Of a DNA stretch of 31,474 nucleotides, positions 10,531 through 21,134 are shown in pieces. The translations under genes were made by a program, and so were the position numbers. The notes beneath the pieces are model-generated. The model did not search any database. It saw only the letters and a list, made by a program, of their open reading frames with translations, and was not told where the DNA came from. The DNA comes from Amoeboradix gromovi X-113 (Eukaryota > Fungi > Sanchytriomycota): positions 1 through 31,474 of the forward strand of contig JADGIF010000035.1 in the NCBI GenBank assembly GCA_018985225.1, given 5' to 3'. Position 1 is the stretch's first letter. Each line of letters starts with the position of its first letter.

Positions 10531-10755
10531 AATATTACCCCTAACAGGAGGGATCAATAAAAGAGACTCAAGTCTTTTACGGAACAAAATCAACAAGAGA
10601 GACTAACTTACCGATTCAAATAACTAAATTAGACCTAGCCAAGTTGAAATGTCCCATATTTGACATCTCAATCTACTTCTGATATGCGCTGCTTTGGTTT
10701 TGCTCACTTGGTAGACTTTTCAACGAACCTAGTGACAAGAAGCGAGCTCATTTAA

Positions 10756-12285
10756 CTACGCAAATTTATTATGATAGGGATGCAGAGTTTCTTTAGAATA
10801 TCCATCTACCTTGATCATTTTTCTATGTTTATGCATCTTTGCAACTAAATGAAAATCAGACATGTTAATCATCTTTATATTCGAAGTGCTACCTAATGCT
10901 TTTGTTTCCTTCTTCATAGATACAGTAACAGGCGTTATTTTGGTCTCTCGGCTTCCTTTATCACTACCAAGAGTAACGTTCTCTGACTTATCCAAAATCT
11001 GCGAAGACACTTCTATTTTCTGTTTTTTTAAAGTCTGCGGTTCCATAGCCATATCTTCTTTTTCGACTAAGACTTTCTCTCTCTCCATTTGCCTTTTTCT
11101 TTGTAATCTTTTCTGAATCTCCTCTTGGGATATTCCAAACGTTTGAGTTAGGCTTGAAGTCTCACCAGGTTTGTGCAGTTTAAGCGACTCATTGAACGCT
11201 TTTTGCGTATCCATGAATGATCTGTTTATTTGCGGGTGTACTTGAGAGTACTGAAGCGTATTTTTTACGTTATCAATTTCAGGTAAGTCTAGTATTGGTA
11301 GGCTGGGTTCAAATTCATGTATCTGATTATAGGACTGCGTCTGTATTTCAGATGTTTGATCGCACGCTTTTGTTTTATTACTAGATTGTTGCATGAAGAA
11401 ACTTAGAAAATCAGTTCCCGCCTGGTATGTAGGTTCGGATACTAATTCAGTTCGTGGGGTTGGATCGATAGCACTCTCAAAGCCACCATTGATGATCCTA
11501 AGGTATAATTCATCAAATGTTATTACTGCTGAAGTGCATATATCATTCGATATAGGTAGAATAGTTTTATTTGGATATCTACATTCAAATGATTTGAAAT
11601 CATAGATAGAATCTTCGGATTCATGTAGCTTCACGTCAAATTGTTTGGCTAAAGTACTTAGTATTCTCAAATCCATATCACTTAACGAAACGGCAAGAAA
11701 GACGAATTCTGCTAAATTGGCTTTGTGGATGTCTATATCGGGGTATATAACTGCCTTTTCAATCAGCTCCTCTAGAATATTACTTTCTCTACCACTAGTA
11801 AAGTCCTTTAAATTGAATGCTTCTTTAGACATGTCCTGTATGATATTTCTAAGTTTTACAATATCTAATACGGGCTTGGAGACTTTTATACCAAGTAACA
11901 GCATAAGATCATACTTATGTTTTGTTATATATTTAGATTCTTCAATTGACGTGGATACCCAATTCCATTGGTCATAAATGGATTCGCCAAAGTACTCTGG
12001 ATTGTATATTTTGATTCTGAAGTACGCCAGCTTATTGAAGCACAGTTTATCACCATCAACAACTTTGCAGTGCTTTCTGCGTGGTTTATCATTTAATAAG
12101 CACGATTTCATAGAGACATGACCACCATCTTCTCGGTATTCTATTGAAATTTCATTTTCTAAGCCAATTTGCGATTTGGAAGACATTTTGCCAGAATTTA
12201 GGATTCCTTTTTTAAGCAATAAAGTCTCATTCTTTCTCATAAAAAAGCACATGTTAAATTCTTCATAACCAACAAGAAACAGCAT
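10756..12285 (-). CDS. Divergent protein, possibly Nbs1/Xrs2-like (FHA-BRCT)
   Basis: 509-aa ORF. A globular N-half and an SQ/TQ-rich disordered C-half loosely match nibrin architecture; identity is weak. Confidence 0.4.
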   Translation of the reverse strand: MLFLVGYEEFNMCFFMRKNETLLLKKGILNSGKMSSKSQIGLENEISIEYREDGGHVSMKSCLLNDKPRRKHCKVVDGDKLCFNKLAYFRIKIYNPEYFGESIYDQWNWVSTSIEESKYITKHKYDLMLLLGIKVSKPVLDIVKLRNIIQDMSKEAFNLKDFTSGRESNILEELIEKAVIYPDIDIHKANLAEFVFLAVSLSDMDLRILSTLAKQFDVKLHESEDSIYDFKSFECRYPNKTILPISNDICTSAVITFDELYLRIINGGFESAIDPTPRTELVSEPTYQAGTDFLSFFMQQSSNKTKACDQTSEIQTQSYNQIHEFEPSLPILDLPEIDNVKNTLQYSQVHPQINRSFMDTQKAFNESLKLHKPGETSSLTQTFGISQEEIQKRLQRKRQMEREKVLVEKEDMAMEPQTLKKQKIEVSSQILDKSENVTLGSDKGSRETKITPVTVSMKKETKALGSTSNIKMINMSDFHLVAKMHKHRKMIKVDGYSKETLHPYHNKFA

Positions 12286-12355
12286 TGTGACAAGGACCCC
12301 AATGTTTAGCAGAATTTAAAATAAGATAGTTTTCATGCTATAATTGTTTATTAGT

Positions 12356-13816
12356 TCAAGCCTCCATGTTGTTTTTCATCTTTTTCAACTCTGCATTTTT
12401 GAACATTGTAGACCACAAGAATCCTAGACAAAAGAACATCAAAAAAAACACAATGAAAACGGAATAAACGTATTCAATACCAGATATTCTTCCAATTTGA
12501 CTTCCAAAAATGTTTAGTATAGCTGTATTACTTGCATATAAATCAAACGCTTTTGTGCAGAACTGTACTACACCAATCGAAGTTAATAAAATTAGCCCAA
12601 TATTAAATATCAAAGAATTCATATAGGTTGCACCTATTTTCAGCGGATGGACAGATATAAAAAGAACTCTCATTCCCAATTTTGAATTTCCTTTCATGAC
12701 ACACATTAAGAGCCAGAATGAAAACAGACCGTAGAAAAATGTTCCCAGGAAAGGAATATCATTTTGGTCGAAGGATATGAAGAAATCATTAAGGAACGGC
12801 GATAGAGGAGGGAAATTCCAGTAGCTTGGAAGTAAATAAAAACAGCAATGAAGAACCCACATAAACGAGAGTAATGACCCAATAATCCCCACCAGAAATT
12901 TTGTATACCCTAATAATGCATTTCCACCAAAATTTCTATATGAAATTTCATTTCTTTTATACGTGTTTTCTAAATTCATCACTTCTCGTCTAAACGCAGC
13001 CTCTTCAAGTTTTAATTTTCTTCTAACCTTTTGCGACATGTCTTCACGTAGGCGCTCTTGAATAGATGTTGCAGTGACTATTAGTGACATAGATTGACTT
13101 ACCATCGCAAGTTTGTTTTTAGAATAAATGTCAACTGTAATCGGCTTTGGCTTCTCTACGAAAGATGTTATCAAATCTATCGGTAAGCAAGCTAAGCCAA
13201 CACCTCCAAAGGCAGCCATGATCACCCAAGCAATTACACTGGAAATTCCAATTATGTAAACAACAAATGAGATATCTTTGTCTGCTGTGTAATTATATTT
13301 TAAGCATGTAGATTGACTACAACCAGATTGTATGTCCGCAAAATCTGCAACAGAGATCATTGGAGAGACCAACATGCTAACGTCTATTGGAGTTTTTTTG
13401 CCCCATAGCCATGCAGCTACAAAAACTAACAAAATAACAATAATTGTGGGTATGGTCCATTTCATTGCATGCCCAAGCTGGCTTCCACCACTCCCATCAT
13501 CAATCCCTTCGTACCAAAATACGCAAAATGGAATAACAGTGTAAACTAAACAGATTGATGTTAAAAAGCAGACAATTGCGATCTCTCTAATAGGCAATCC
13601 TCCATTATTTTCCTCATCTAAGCTACTATTTGCAACATCTAATGGCAGCATCAAGACATTGAAGCATGCCAATGTCATACATAAAATAAACAAAATCTTT
13701 GGAGCCCATGCAGTCCATATATCATCTGGAGACATGAAATAAACTAAGAAGTAAAACGAGGCAATAAGAATCAGTATGCATAAAAACGGAATTGTTACAA
13801 TTAATCCAATATCCAT
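12356..13816 (-). CDS. LMBR1-domain membrane protein
   Basis: Multiple TM helices; VLMLPLDVAN, IPFCVFWYE, FGGVGLACLPIDLI and TYMNSLIFN. Confidence 0.9.
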   Translation of the reverse strand: MDIGLIVTIPFLCILILIASFYFLVYFMSPDDIWTAWAPKILFILCMTLACFNVLMLPLDVANSSLDEENNGGLPIREIAIVCFLTSICLVYTVIPFCVFWYEGIDDGSGGSQLGHAMKWTIPTIIVILLVFVAAWLWGKKTPIDVSMLVSPMISVADFADIQSGCSQSTCLKYNYTADKDISFVVYIIGISSVIAWVIMAAFGGVGLACLPIDLITSFVEKPKPITVDIYSKNKLAMVSQSMSLIVTATSIQERLREDMSQKVRRKLKLEEAAFRREVMNLENTYKRNEISYRNFGGNALLGYTKFLVGIIGSLLSFMWVLHCCFYLLPSYWNFPPLSPFLNDFFISFDQNDIPFLGTFFYGLFSFWLLMCVMKGNSKLGMRVLFISVHPLKIGATYMNSLIFNIGLILLTSIGVVQFCTKAFDLYASNTAILNIFGSQIGRISGIEYVYSVFIVFFLMFFCLGFLWSTMFKNAELKKMKNNMEA

Positions 13817-13853
13817 TTTTTGAAGGCCTTTTGAAATACTTAAAAAAACAAAT

Positions 13854-15591
13854 TTACTGCTTCCTTAAACGGCTTGATCTTCTTGGTGTGATCTCTACAT
13901 TTGCAGGCTCTGAATTATTCTGCTCTTCCGAATTTAAATCGTCTTTCGAATCCACCTTGAATTTCAGTGGCATTCCTGGCTTCCATGTATCTTTCTTCAG
14001 CTGTTTTTCACTAACCATCTACATTAAATTTTACTACCTTCCATAACTCAGCAACCTCCTCTTCAACCTGAACAGCTTTTAACAAGTTCAAGGAGATCTC
14101 TTCCTGTAAAGCACATGTCTCATTCTCAGCGTCCTTGAGATGTATCTCGAAATCCACGACAAACTCTTCCAAACCTTCTAGAACTGGTAACCATTGTTCT
14201 TTAAAATACTTGTCCATTGCATCCGTCAAGTTCTTGGCAAACCCTTTACATTTAACTAAAATTGATACAAGTCCCCGTTCGTTGTCAAGATCATCTATTT
14301 TGTCGGCTATTTCTTCTCCCTTCTTCATATAGACGACCAACTGGTCAAATCTGTTATCCAGACACCTTGAAATAGAGTCTCTCAAAGACTTGACTTTTTC
14401 CAATGTATTTTGAACTTCACTTACCGAGACCTGGTTCATCATTCTCATTAACTGATCTTCATAGTTTACGGACTTGAATTTTTGATACGCTTGATAGTCT
14501 TGACCTTCAATTAAGTTCCTTTCTAAAATAGCTCTAGTACGAGCTAACAAGTTGTTCAAGTGGTATTTACGAGGATCAATCTGCTCCTTTTTTAGATCCT
14601 GAAATAGCTTTAAATTGTACAAAACATCATGTGGAAGAACAGTAGAGAACAAATTATCCACTTTCGGTAGAAAATCAATTGATATATTAGGTGATATTAT
14701 ATCCTCAGGTTCTGGTAAAGCTAATTCTGATGGCACAATTTGCAAATATATCAAATCATTGTCTTTTTTAGCACAATTTAATTTTTCGATTAAAGCTTGA
14801 TATAGCTCATTGAAAGAGTCGACATTAATCCAAGAGGTTTTTAACACACTTAGCGCATCTTCCAATCTTCTAATCTGCATTCCGTACTTATTCTGAGCCT
14901 CTAATTCCTTAGATGAATAAAATAAAGCCAGTGCTTGATAATAAGTTGTAAATTCTGCGTGGTTTGACGACTTGAAATAATTGGAAGCTTGCTGTGATAT
15001 CTTTGCAGTCAACGAAAAAGACCGGTTCTGTTCTAAAAGCTTTTCAATTGCGCAAACATTAATCCTACCTTTTAAGTAAGATAAAAATCTAGCAGTAAAA
15101 GAATTACTGGTCAGATACCTCTTTCGAAGATTGATTTTGTTAGCTTCCATTGCACAAGCAAGTGCCTTTTTCAGTACTGTTACTTCATATTCGCCAAATA
15201 GTTCCGCAGCTTTCATAAGGGCGCACATTCTCTCAAATTCTAGCTGATTAACTGAAATAATAGACCCTTCTATTTTCCAGACAAAGAAAACATCATCTAG
15301 CTTGAATTTGGATAGGTTATCTAATTGTACAATATATTCAAGGACATCATTCAAATTTTGGGATTCTCTAAGCTTCACTATTTTTGTAAAATCGTGATGA
15401 GGCACAGAAAGGTTAAGGTTTTGTAATTGGGTCATCAGAGGCTTAAGATTTAGGTGTTCTTGCTCTATAACGACCATGGAATCAAAATTTGTTTCGAACG
15501 GAGTGTTTGGATGCCTTGAATCTACATTACGGGCTGTTGAAGAAAGAGCGTTCCGAACTGGACTTGAAGGCAAAAATAAATTTTTTATCAT
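13854..15591 (-). CDS. BRO1-domain protein, PalA/Rim20-like; 2 exons (15591-14038, 14018-13854), about 572 aa
   Basis: BRO1 motifs FVW, LEFERMCAL and AKKDNDLIYLQIVP. The spliced last exon is open for 54 codons and includes WKPGMPLKF, reminiscent of the PalA C-terminus. Alternative ATG at 15624. Confidence 0.8.
14019..14037 (-). other. 19-nt intron in the BRO1-domain gene
   Basis: GTAGTAAAATTTAATGTAG; phase 0, continues in frame to the stop at 13854. Confidence 0.8.
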
Positions 15592-15629
15592 TTTGGAATT
15601 TACTGAAAATGTAGTTTGAAACATATTTT

Positions 15630-16262
15630 ATGTTCACACTATCTCAACTAGTTTATGACAAGTATACACAACTTGACGCATATAACGTTTTAATAATTGG
15701 GCTTGATAATTCTGGCAAATCAACTTTGATAGAGTGCGTTAAAAGCATGTTTACCAACAGAAGAGCTCTTCATACCCTAGTTCCAACTGTAGGACTAAAC
15801 ACTTTCAAATTTAGATACAAGCTTCCGCCAAATATTGATTATTGTATACCAGTTCCTGCAAAGATTCATTTGACATTCTGGGATCTTGGTGGACAAACAG
15901 AGTTACAGCAGCTCTGGTCTACTTATTATCCAGATTCGCATGCAATTCTTTACTTAATTGATTCGACTGACCATCAAAGACTCAAGAGTAATGTGCAAAT
16001 ATTGAAGAATGTTTTGTTAAATCAGGATGCTGACGTACCTCTGCTGCTACTCGCTAATAAGCAAGACTCGGAGCAGGCTTTGCCAATCCACCAAATAAAA
16101 GAGATTGTTCAGAATCCGTTGGCAGAATACCTTGATGTCAAGGAAGCCCAAACACTTGGAGTATCTGCTCTTCAAGGTGATGGGGTCCGAGAAGCTCTTA
16201 GCTGGGTAGTAAATAGAATGCAGCTTAACAAAGGAAATCGCCCACCCAATAGTTCAAAGTAA
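15630..16262 (+). CDS. ARL3: ARF-like GTPase Arl3/ARFRP1
   Basis: GLDNSGKST, PTVGLN, WDLGGQ and ANKQD; MF-start without Gly2 is typical of ARFRP1/Arl3p. Confidence 0.9.
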   Translation: MFTLSQLVYDKYTQLDAYNVLIIGLDNSGKSTLIECVKSMFTNRRALHTLVPTVGLNTFKFRYKLPPNIDYCIPVPAKIHLTFWDLGGQTELQQLWSTYYPDSHAILYLIDSTDHQRLKSNVQILKNVLLNQDADVPLLLLANKQDSEQALPIHQIKEIVQNPLAEYLDVKEAQTLGVSALQGDGVREALSWVVNRMQLNKGNRPPNSSK

Positions 16263-16449
16263 ACTAAGTAAATAATTCGTAATTAAATTTTCCTTCCAAG
16301 CAGTATTAGCTCAAATTAATAAACCGGTTATCGTTATAGCATGAATTTACAGTTCCAGCATTTCATCTTCGCCATAACATCTAACAGAATACGTGAGAAT
16401 TCTATTTTCTGACACAGCTAGTGTCCCAAATTATCTCAGTCAGAAGAGT

Positions 16450-16670
16450 CAGAGCTAAGAGGTCACCAGGCGATATAGGTGACATTCTGATATGGCGGAA
16501 AGGTAAAATCATCTTCCAAAGAAAGAGGAAGATGTTGGTGGAATGCAAAGAGGTACTTACTCGTCTAACGTGCACAAGGTGTGCAGCTTGAATAAATGCA
16601 ATTTGGACACATAAAAACATACATGTACAAGCTCCAATTTTCCAGTAGATAGAATCCAGAACGTGTAATA
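16450..16670 (+). pseudogene. Second Fanzor2-like relic
   Basis: KMLVECKEVLTRLTCTRCA, then in a shifted frame HTCTSSNFPVDRIQN. 16521-16585 aligns by eye at nucleotide level with 5041-5105. Confidence 0.7.
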
Positions 16671-16884
16671 GATCCCAGATACTCAACAGCTTTAATTGAC
16701 AAACTCCAGAAAGCCAAGTATATAGTCTAGATTAATTCTTCTGTTTGCGTTTAGTACGTAGTACTCGTTAAGGCAAGAATATCTTATAAAGAAACAGGCA
16801 CACGTTGCCCATATTCAAAGAACGTAAAAACTCGAAATAAGCCGACAAGTTTACATTTAACTACCAGTTATTTTTATCAACAAC

Positions 16885-17015
16885 GCCTACGTTAAATGTG
16901 AAGAATTCGAAAATCATGAAGATTTCAAACCCCACACTTCACAAGTGTAGACAACTTGGGGAGATACCATTTGAGCATGTTCTTGCCTACATTATTTTGA
17001 AGTACCTGGATTGAT
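16885..17015 (+). pseudogene. Possible MULE transposase SWIM zinc-finger relic
   Basis: HKCRQLGEIPFEHVLAY resembles CxC..WQ..GIPCxHxxA; degenerate. Confidence 0.4.
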
Positions 17016-17099
17016 ATCTCTATGGTCTTGGTGACCGCATTGCTGACAATTGACGCAACGATGGAATCCTTTCATAACGCTTGCAGCTACTACAAGTGT

Positions 17100-17210
17100 T
17101 GGACACATCATATTATTTTTGAATGGTCACAACTCTAATGAACTGAGTTCTTTTCATTTCGCATATTCTGATGGGAAAAAATTGCTCCAAGTCGTAGATC
17201 TGCAAAGTGT
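17100..17210 (+). pseudogene. Possible pogo/Fot1 (DDE_1) transposase relic
   Basis: IILFLNGHNS resembles LLxLDGHxSH and LLQVVDL resembles LQPLD, with an internal deletion. Confidence 0.4.
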
Positions 17211-17268
17211 TGAATGGCGACAAAATACCAGTACCAATAAAAAGAAGTCCTATGATATTGAGAGTTGT

Positions 17269-17742
17269 TTATTTTTTGTCTTGTTCACTTTCACGCCAAC
17301 GGTCTTCAAGGGCATCCAACCAAATATCTGATTCTGTTTCACTCTCTTTATCTTCTATAGCGGGTTGCATATGAGAAGACAAGGATGCGCTATGTATTTT
17401 GGAGTTCCTTCGAGTTGAAGAAGAGAATGGCTTGCTATTTAATATAAAAAGTTGACTTAGGCTGCTATCAAGAACACTTTTTTTTGATGGTTTTTCTACT
17501 TGCAAATCAAAACTAGAGTTCTTGCTAGAACTTGGTATCCTAGATCCCTTTCGAAATATGCTACTAAGTGATGACTTGACACTTACTTGCTTTTTCATCA
17601 TTGCAATTGGAACCCAAATTTCTTCTGTTTCTTCTATTCTTTGACCATTGTCTTTTTGATCTAAAGAGTCAAATCTATCTTCTGGTTTAATATTATACTG
17701 CTCGTTCAAAATGTGAAGAAGCAATCGACCGTGATTTTTCAT
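17269..17742 (-). CDS. Hypothetical Ser-rich protein (about 157 aa)
   Basis: Open frame from ATG at 17742; low complexity; no recognisable domain. Confidence 0.55.
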   Translation of the reverse strand: MKNHGRLLLHILNEQYNIKPEDRFDSLDQKDNGQRIEETEEIWVPIAMMKKQVSVKSSLSSIFRKGSRIPSSSKNSSFDLQVEKPSKKSVLDSSLSQLFILNSKPFSSSTRRNSKIHSASLSSHMQPAIEDKESETESDIWLDALEDRWRESEQDKK

Positions 17743-17824
17743 CCTTTCGGCCAAAGTGGAGTATCTCAAAATTTACTAGTTACATGGACTCTGAAAGCAA
17801 TGAGAGATAAAACTATAAATAAAT

Positions 17825-19102
17825 TTACTTTCTCTTTTGCTTGATACTTTTAACTTGGTGTAAAGTATCTTCTGCGTCCTCCTCCGGCTTGTTCTTTTTC
17901 TTTTTATTCGCCAAATCTTTCATCTGTTGACTTGCCATGTGATTAGCTTCATCAACACTATCCATTAAAATTTTAACAGCATTATCATCCAATTCGTACT
18001 TATCTAATTTCTTACTAATAGCATTTTCGATTCTCTGATAGACTTCAACATCATATTGAGTTACAAATGTTATGGTTTTGCCATGCCTACCAGCTCTTGC
18101 TGTCCTCCCTATTCTATGCAAGTAATTTTTTGAAGACAAGGGAACATCATAATTTATAACATAACCAACCTGAGGAATGTCCAAACCTCTAGAAGCAACA
18201 TCGGTACAGATAAGAATATTCTTATTTCCCGATTTAAACTTGTTCAAGGAAGCTAATCGTTTTTGTTGACTCATCTGGCCATGTAGAGGTACAGCACCGT
18301 TTAATCCTAGGTTACGAAGCATTAGAGATACCTTAGTTGTGGCGGCACAAGTAGCAGTAAACACAATGCAACTGTTACCCGAAAACTCATTCATCAGATA
18401 TACTAAATAACAATCTTTAAACTTTAAAGGGAAGAAAAGATAGTACTGCATTAAAGTGTCAACAGTCTCATACTTGGAATTCACTTCGATCTTCGCAGGA
18501 TTGTCTAGACAAGCACGCTGTAGCTTGTGCACTTTAGAAGTCATTGTGGCACTAAACAACATAGTTCTTCTTTCTTTTGGAATACATCTCATAATTAAGT
18601 CAATCTTGGGACCATAATCAGAATCCAAAAGTCTATCCGCCTCATCTAAGACTAAATATTTTGCCGACTTCAATGAAAATCCTTTTGTGTTTTCTAGATG
18701 ATCAGCCATTCTCCCTGGTGTGGCGACTACTATGTGCGGTTTACGCGAAAGAGCTATCTTTTGTTGGGTCATATCTACGCCTCCTACCAACACTGTACAA
18801 CGAACGCCAATTGTGGACCCTAATGCAGTACATTGCTCACCAATTTGAAATGCCAACTCCCGAGTTGGCGCCAGAATAACAGCATAAAAAGGACTAGGTT
18901 GTTTCCATAGGTGGTGAAGAATAGGAAGTACAAACGCAGCAGTTTTTCCTGATCCAGTTTTAGACAAACCAATTATATCTCTTCCTTCTAAGGCAATTGG
19001 AATTGCCTTCTTTTGAATTTCAGTAGGCTCCTTATAACCAACTGATTTACATGCGTCTACGAGCTCCGAAATTAATCCTAATTCAGAAAACATTTCCGAC
19101 AT
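17825..19102 (-). CDS. RRP3: DEAD-box rRNA helicase Rrp3/DDX47
   Basis: [36 protein letters not shown] and [10 protein letters not shown]. Confidence 0.95.
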   Translation of the reverse strand: MSEMFSELGLISELVDACKSVGYKEPTEIQKKAIPIALEGRDIIGLSKTGSGKTAAFVLPILHHLWKQPSPFYAVILAPTRELAFQIGEQCTALGSTIGVRCTVLVGGVDMTQQKIALSRKPHIVVATPGRMADHLENTKGFSLKSAKYLVLDEADRLLDSDYGPKIDLIMRCIPKERRTMLFSATMTSKVHKLQRACLDNPAKIEVNSKYETVDTLMQYYLFFPLKFKDCYLVYLMNEFSGNSCIVFTATCAATTKVSLMLRNLGLNGAVPLHGQMSQQKRLASLNKFKSGNKNILICTDVASRGLDIPQVGYVINYDVPLSSKNYLHRIGRTARAGRHGKTITFVTQYDVEVYQRIENAISKKLDKYELDDNAVKILMDSVDEANHMASQQMKDLANKKKKNKPEEDAEDTLHQVKSIKQKRK

Positions 19103-19409
19103 GATTAACAAAAATAGACTGGGGGTAAAAGCGGATGATAAAATGAAAAAGAGATGGAGTGATCAGATGCCCAAAACCATAGCATATAATTCTTATCAGA
19201 TTTTTACTCTGACACCTAATAATGATTAACATTAGTATACTCAACAAGGAGGGCTGATAAAAACTTGTGTTTTGCAAGATAGAGACCAAGAGTGCGAATA
19301 TGACAATTGAGAAAGGAAGCAAGCTATGATTACTCACGAGTATACCTTGCCTAGAAGGAAGGCATGACCTTTCTGTCCAGGCATAAATAAGTTTAAACAA
19401 AGTGTTTAT

Positions 19410-20378
19410 TTATACAGCCATTTGCATATCAATCCTTCCGTGAGGTTTATAATCAATGATTTCCAAGTCCTTGAAAGATAACTCATCAATGTCTCTCGAA
19501 GAATTATTGATTTTCAGTTTAGGAAATGGGCGTGGAATTCTTTTTAGCTGTTCCTTTAAAGGTTCAACATGGTTGGAGTATACGTGAGCATCTCCCATAC
19601 AATGAATGAATTCATATGGAATAGTATCTGTGCAATGAGCGATAAGATAAACCAGTAACGCATAGCTGGCAATATTAAAGGGTACACCAAGTCCTAAATC
19701 ACAAGAGCGCTGATACATTTGACAAGATAAATAATTTTTTCCGTTATCATTCAGAGTAACATAAAATTGACACATTAAATGACAAGGTGGAAGAGCCATT
19801 TTATTTAGATCAGCGGGATTCCATGCGGTCAAAATCATCCTTCTATCAGTTGGGTTGTTCTTTATAGTATCAATAATTTCTTTTATTTGGTCTACGCCCT
19901 GTCCAGTATAATCATGATTTGGGCCTAGATATTTAGCTCCAAAATGGCGCCACTGAAATCCGTAGACTGGACCCAACTCCCCATTTTCATATGAGCACAG
20001 ATTGCGACTGTCCAAAAATTCTCTGCTACCATTGCCATTCCAAATTTTGATGTTTTTCTCTTGCAATTTCTTTATATGCACGCTACCTTTTAAAAACCAA
20101 AACAATTCTTCTGCAACACCTCTAAAGAATGTGCGCTTGCTCGTTAGCAATGGAAAAAACTCGTCAATTTTAAATCTTAGCTGGGGAGGTGCAAATAAAG
20201 ACAGAGTTCCTGTTCCTGTTCTGTCACCTCTTGATTGTCCTTGTTCAATAACAAATTTTACGAGGTTCAAGTACGCTTGTTCCTCGGCATTACCCGATTC
20301 TTCATCAGGTGCCTGCTGAAAAATTGAAGAATTTGAGAAGAGTACCATTTCTCCAATGTCAGAGCACATTGGCGACAT
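19410..20378 (-). CDS. CDC21: Thymidylate synthase (monofunctional)
   Basis: DRTGTGT, LGPVYGFQWRH, MALPPCH and YQRSCDLGLGVPFNIASY. Confidence 0.97.
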   Translation of the reverse strand: MSPMCSDIGEMVLFSNSSIFQQAPDEESGNAEEQAYLNLVKFVIEQGQSRGDRTGTGTLSLFAPPQLRFKIDEFFPLLTSKRTFFRGVAEELFWFLKGSVHIKKLQEKNIKIWNGNGSREFLDSRNLCSYENGELGPVYGFQWRHFGAKYLGPNHDYTGQGVDQIKEIIDTIKNNPTDRRMILTAWNPADLNKMALPPCHLMCQFYVTLNDNGKNYLSCQMYQRSCDLGLGVPFNIASYALLVYLIAHCTDTIPYEFIHCMGDAHVYSNHVEPLKEQLKRIPRPFPKLKINNSSRDIDELSFKDLEIIDYKPHGRIDMQMAV

Positions 20379-20500
20379 TCTCTCCTCAGTAAAGTCTGGT
20401 TTGTAAGAAAATCAAGAGTTATCATGGAGAGTATGACGAGTTATTAATATAACTATAGAAGGCAATCAATCAGGGTAGAGTTTGTGTAATCACTATAAAT

Positions 20501-20961
20501 GGGACACCAAATATAAAAACTAGACTAACTGGTTTTTAGAGAAGGTGCACCATACTGAGGAAATGCTATCATTAATAAAAGATCTTCTATTGTACCAATT
20601 TTCTTTCATTGCTTTCAATCCCCTCTACAAAATAAAACTAGAAGACCCTGCATCTCGTTCAAATATATGAGGTCTTTGAGCATCTAAGCAAAAGGTGCAT
20701 TTTCTTAGACGGTACTCTTTTCTAGAGTCATTTTGTAATGTTATACTAACATCATTACTCTTATCTATTCTAGTTTCTACAGAGTAATAGTGATATTTTA
20801 TTTGAAATAAAGATTGGATGAAAGAGTAAGAGAATAGCTGTACAGAATATTTATTTTCCTTTTATACTCGTCAACTCCGCAACTAGCTGAATGTCCACTC
20901 GCCTCTTAAATAATGTTCCAAGTTGTTACTGAAAGTTAGTCCAGTTTATATTTGATGTCCC
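20501..20961 (-). mobile_element. TIR element copy E4, complete (461 bp)
   Basis: TIRs at both ends, the left one with a small deletion. Minus strand reads SNDVSITLQNDSRKEYRLRKCTFCLDAQRPHIFERDAGSSSFIL (CTFC 20688-20699, ERD 20652-20660). Confidence 0.92.
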
Positions 20962-21134
20962 ATATGTAATAAACTGAACTAAAATCCATTACTTTAGCAT
21001 CTGCTTGTGTAGCGAATGATATGGAATAAATCGTTATTGCTAACTTTATGAGATCGATTGTAGCAATTGCTCTTTCTAGCATTTGTATACGATATTCAAA
21101 ATGCCTTGATCTTGGGATTTATAAAAAGCTTTAT

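Noticed and set aside
17766-17784. 19-nt GT..AG upstream of the orphan ORF
   Set aside because: It ends in GAG, has no branch motif, and there is no upstream in-frame ATG.
19175-19216. TTCTTATCAG..CTGACAC resembling U2 stem IIa; C/D-box-like words nearby
   Set aside because: The U2 branch-pairing GTAGTA and stem I are absent, and no rRNA-complementary guide was recognised.
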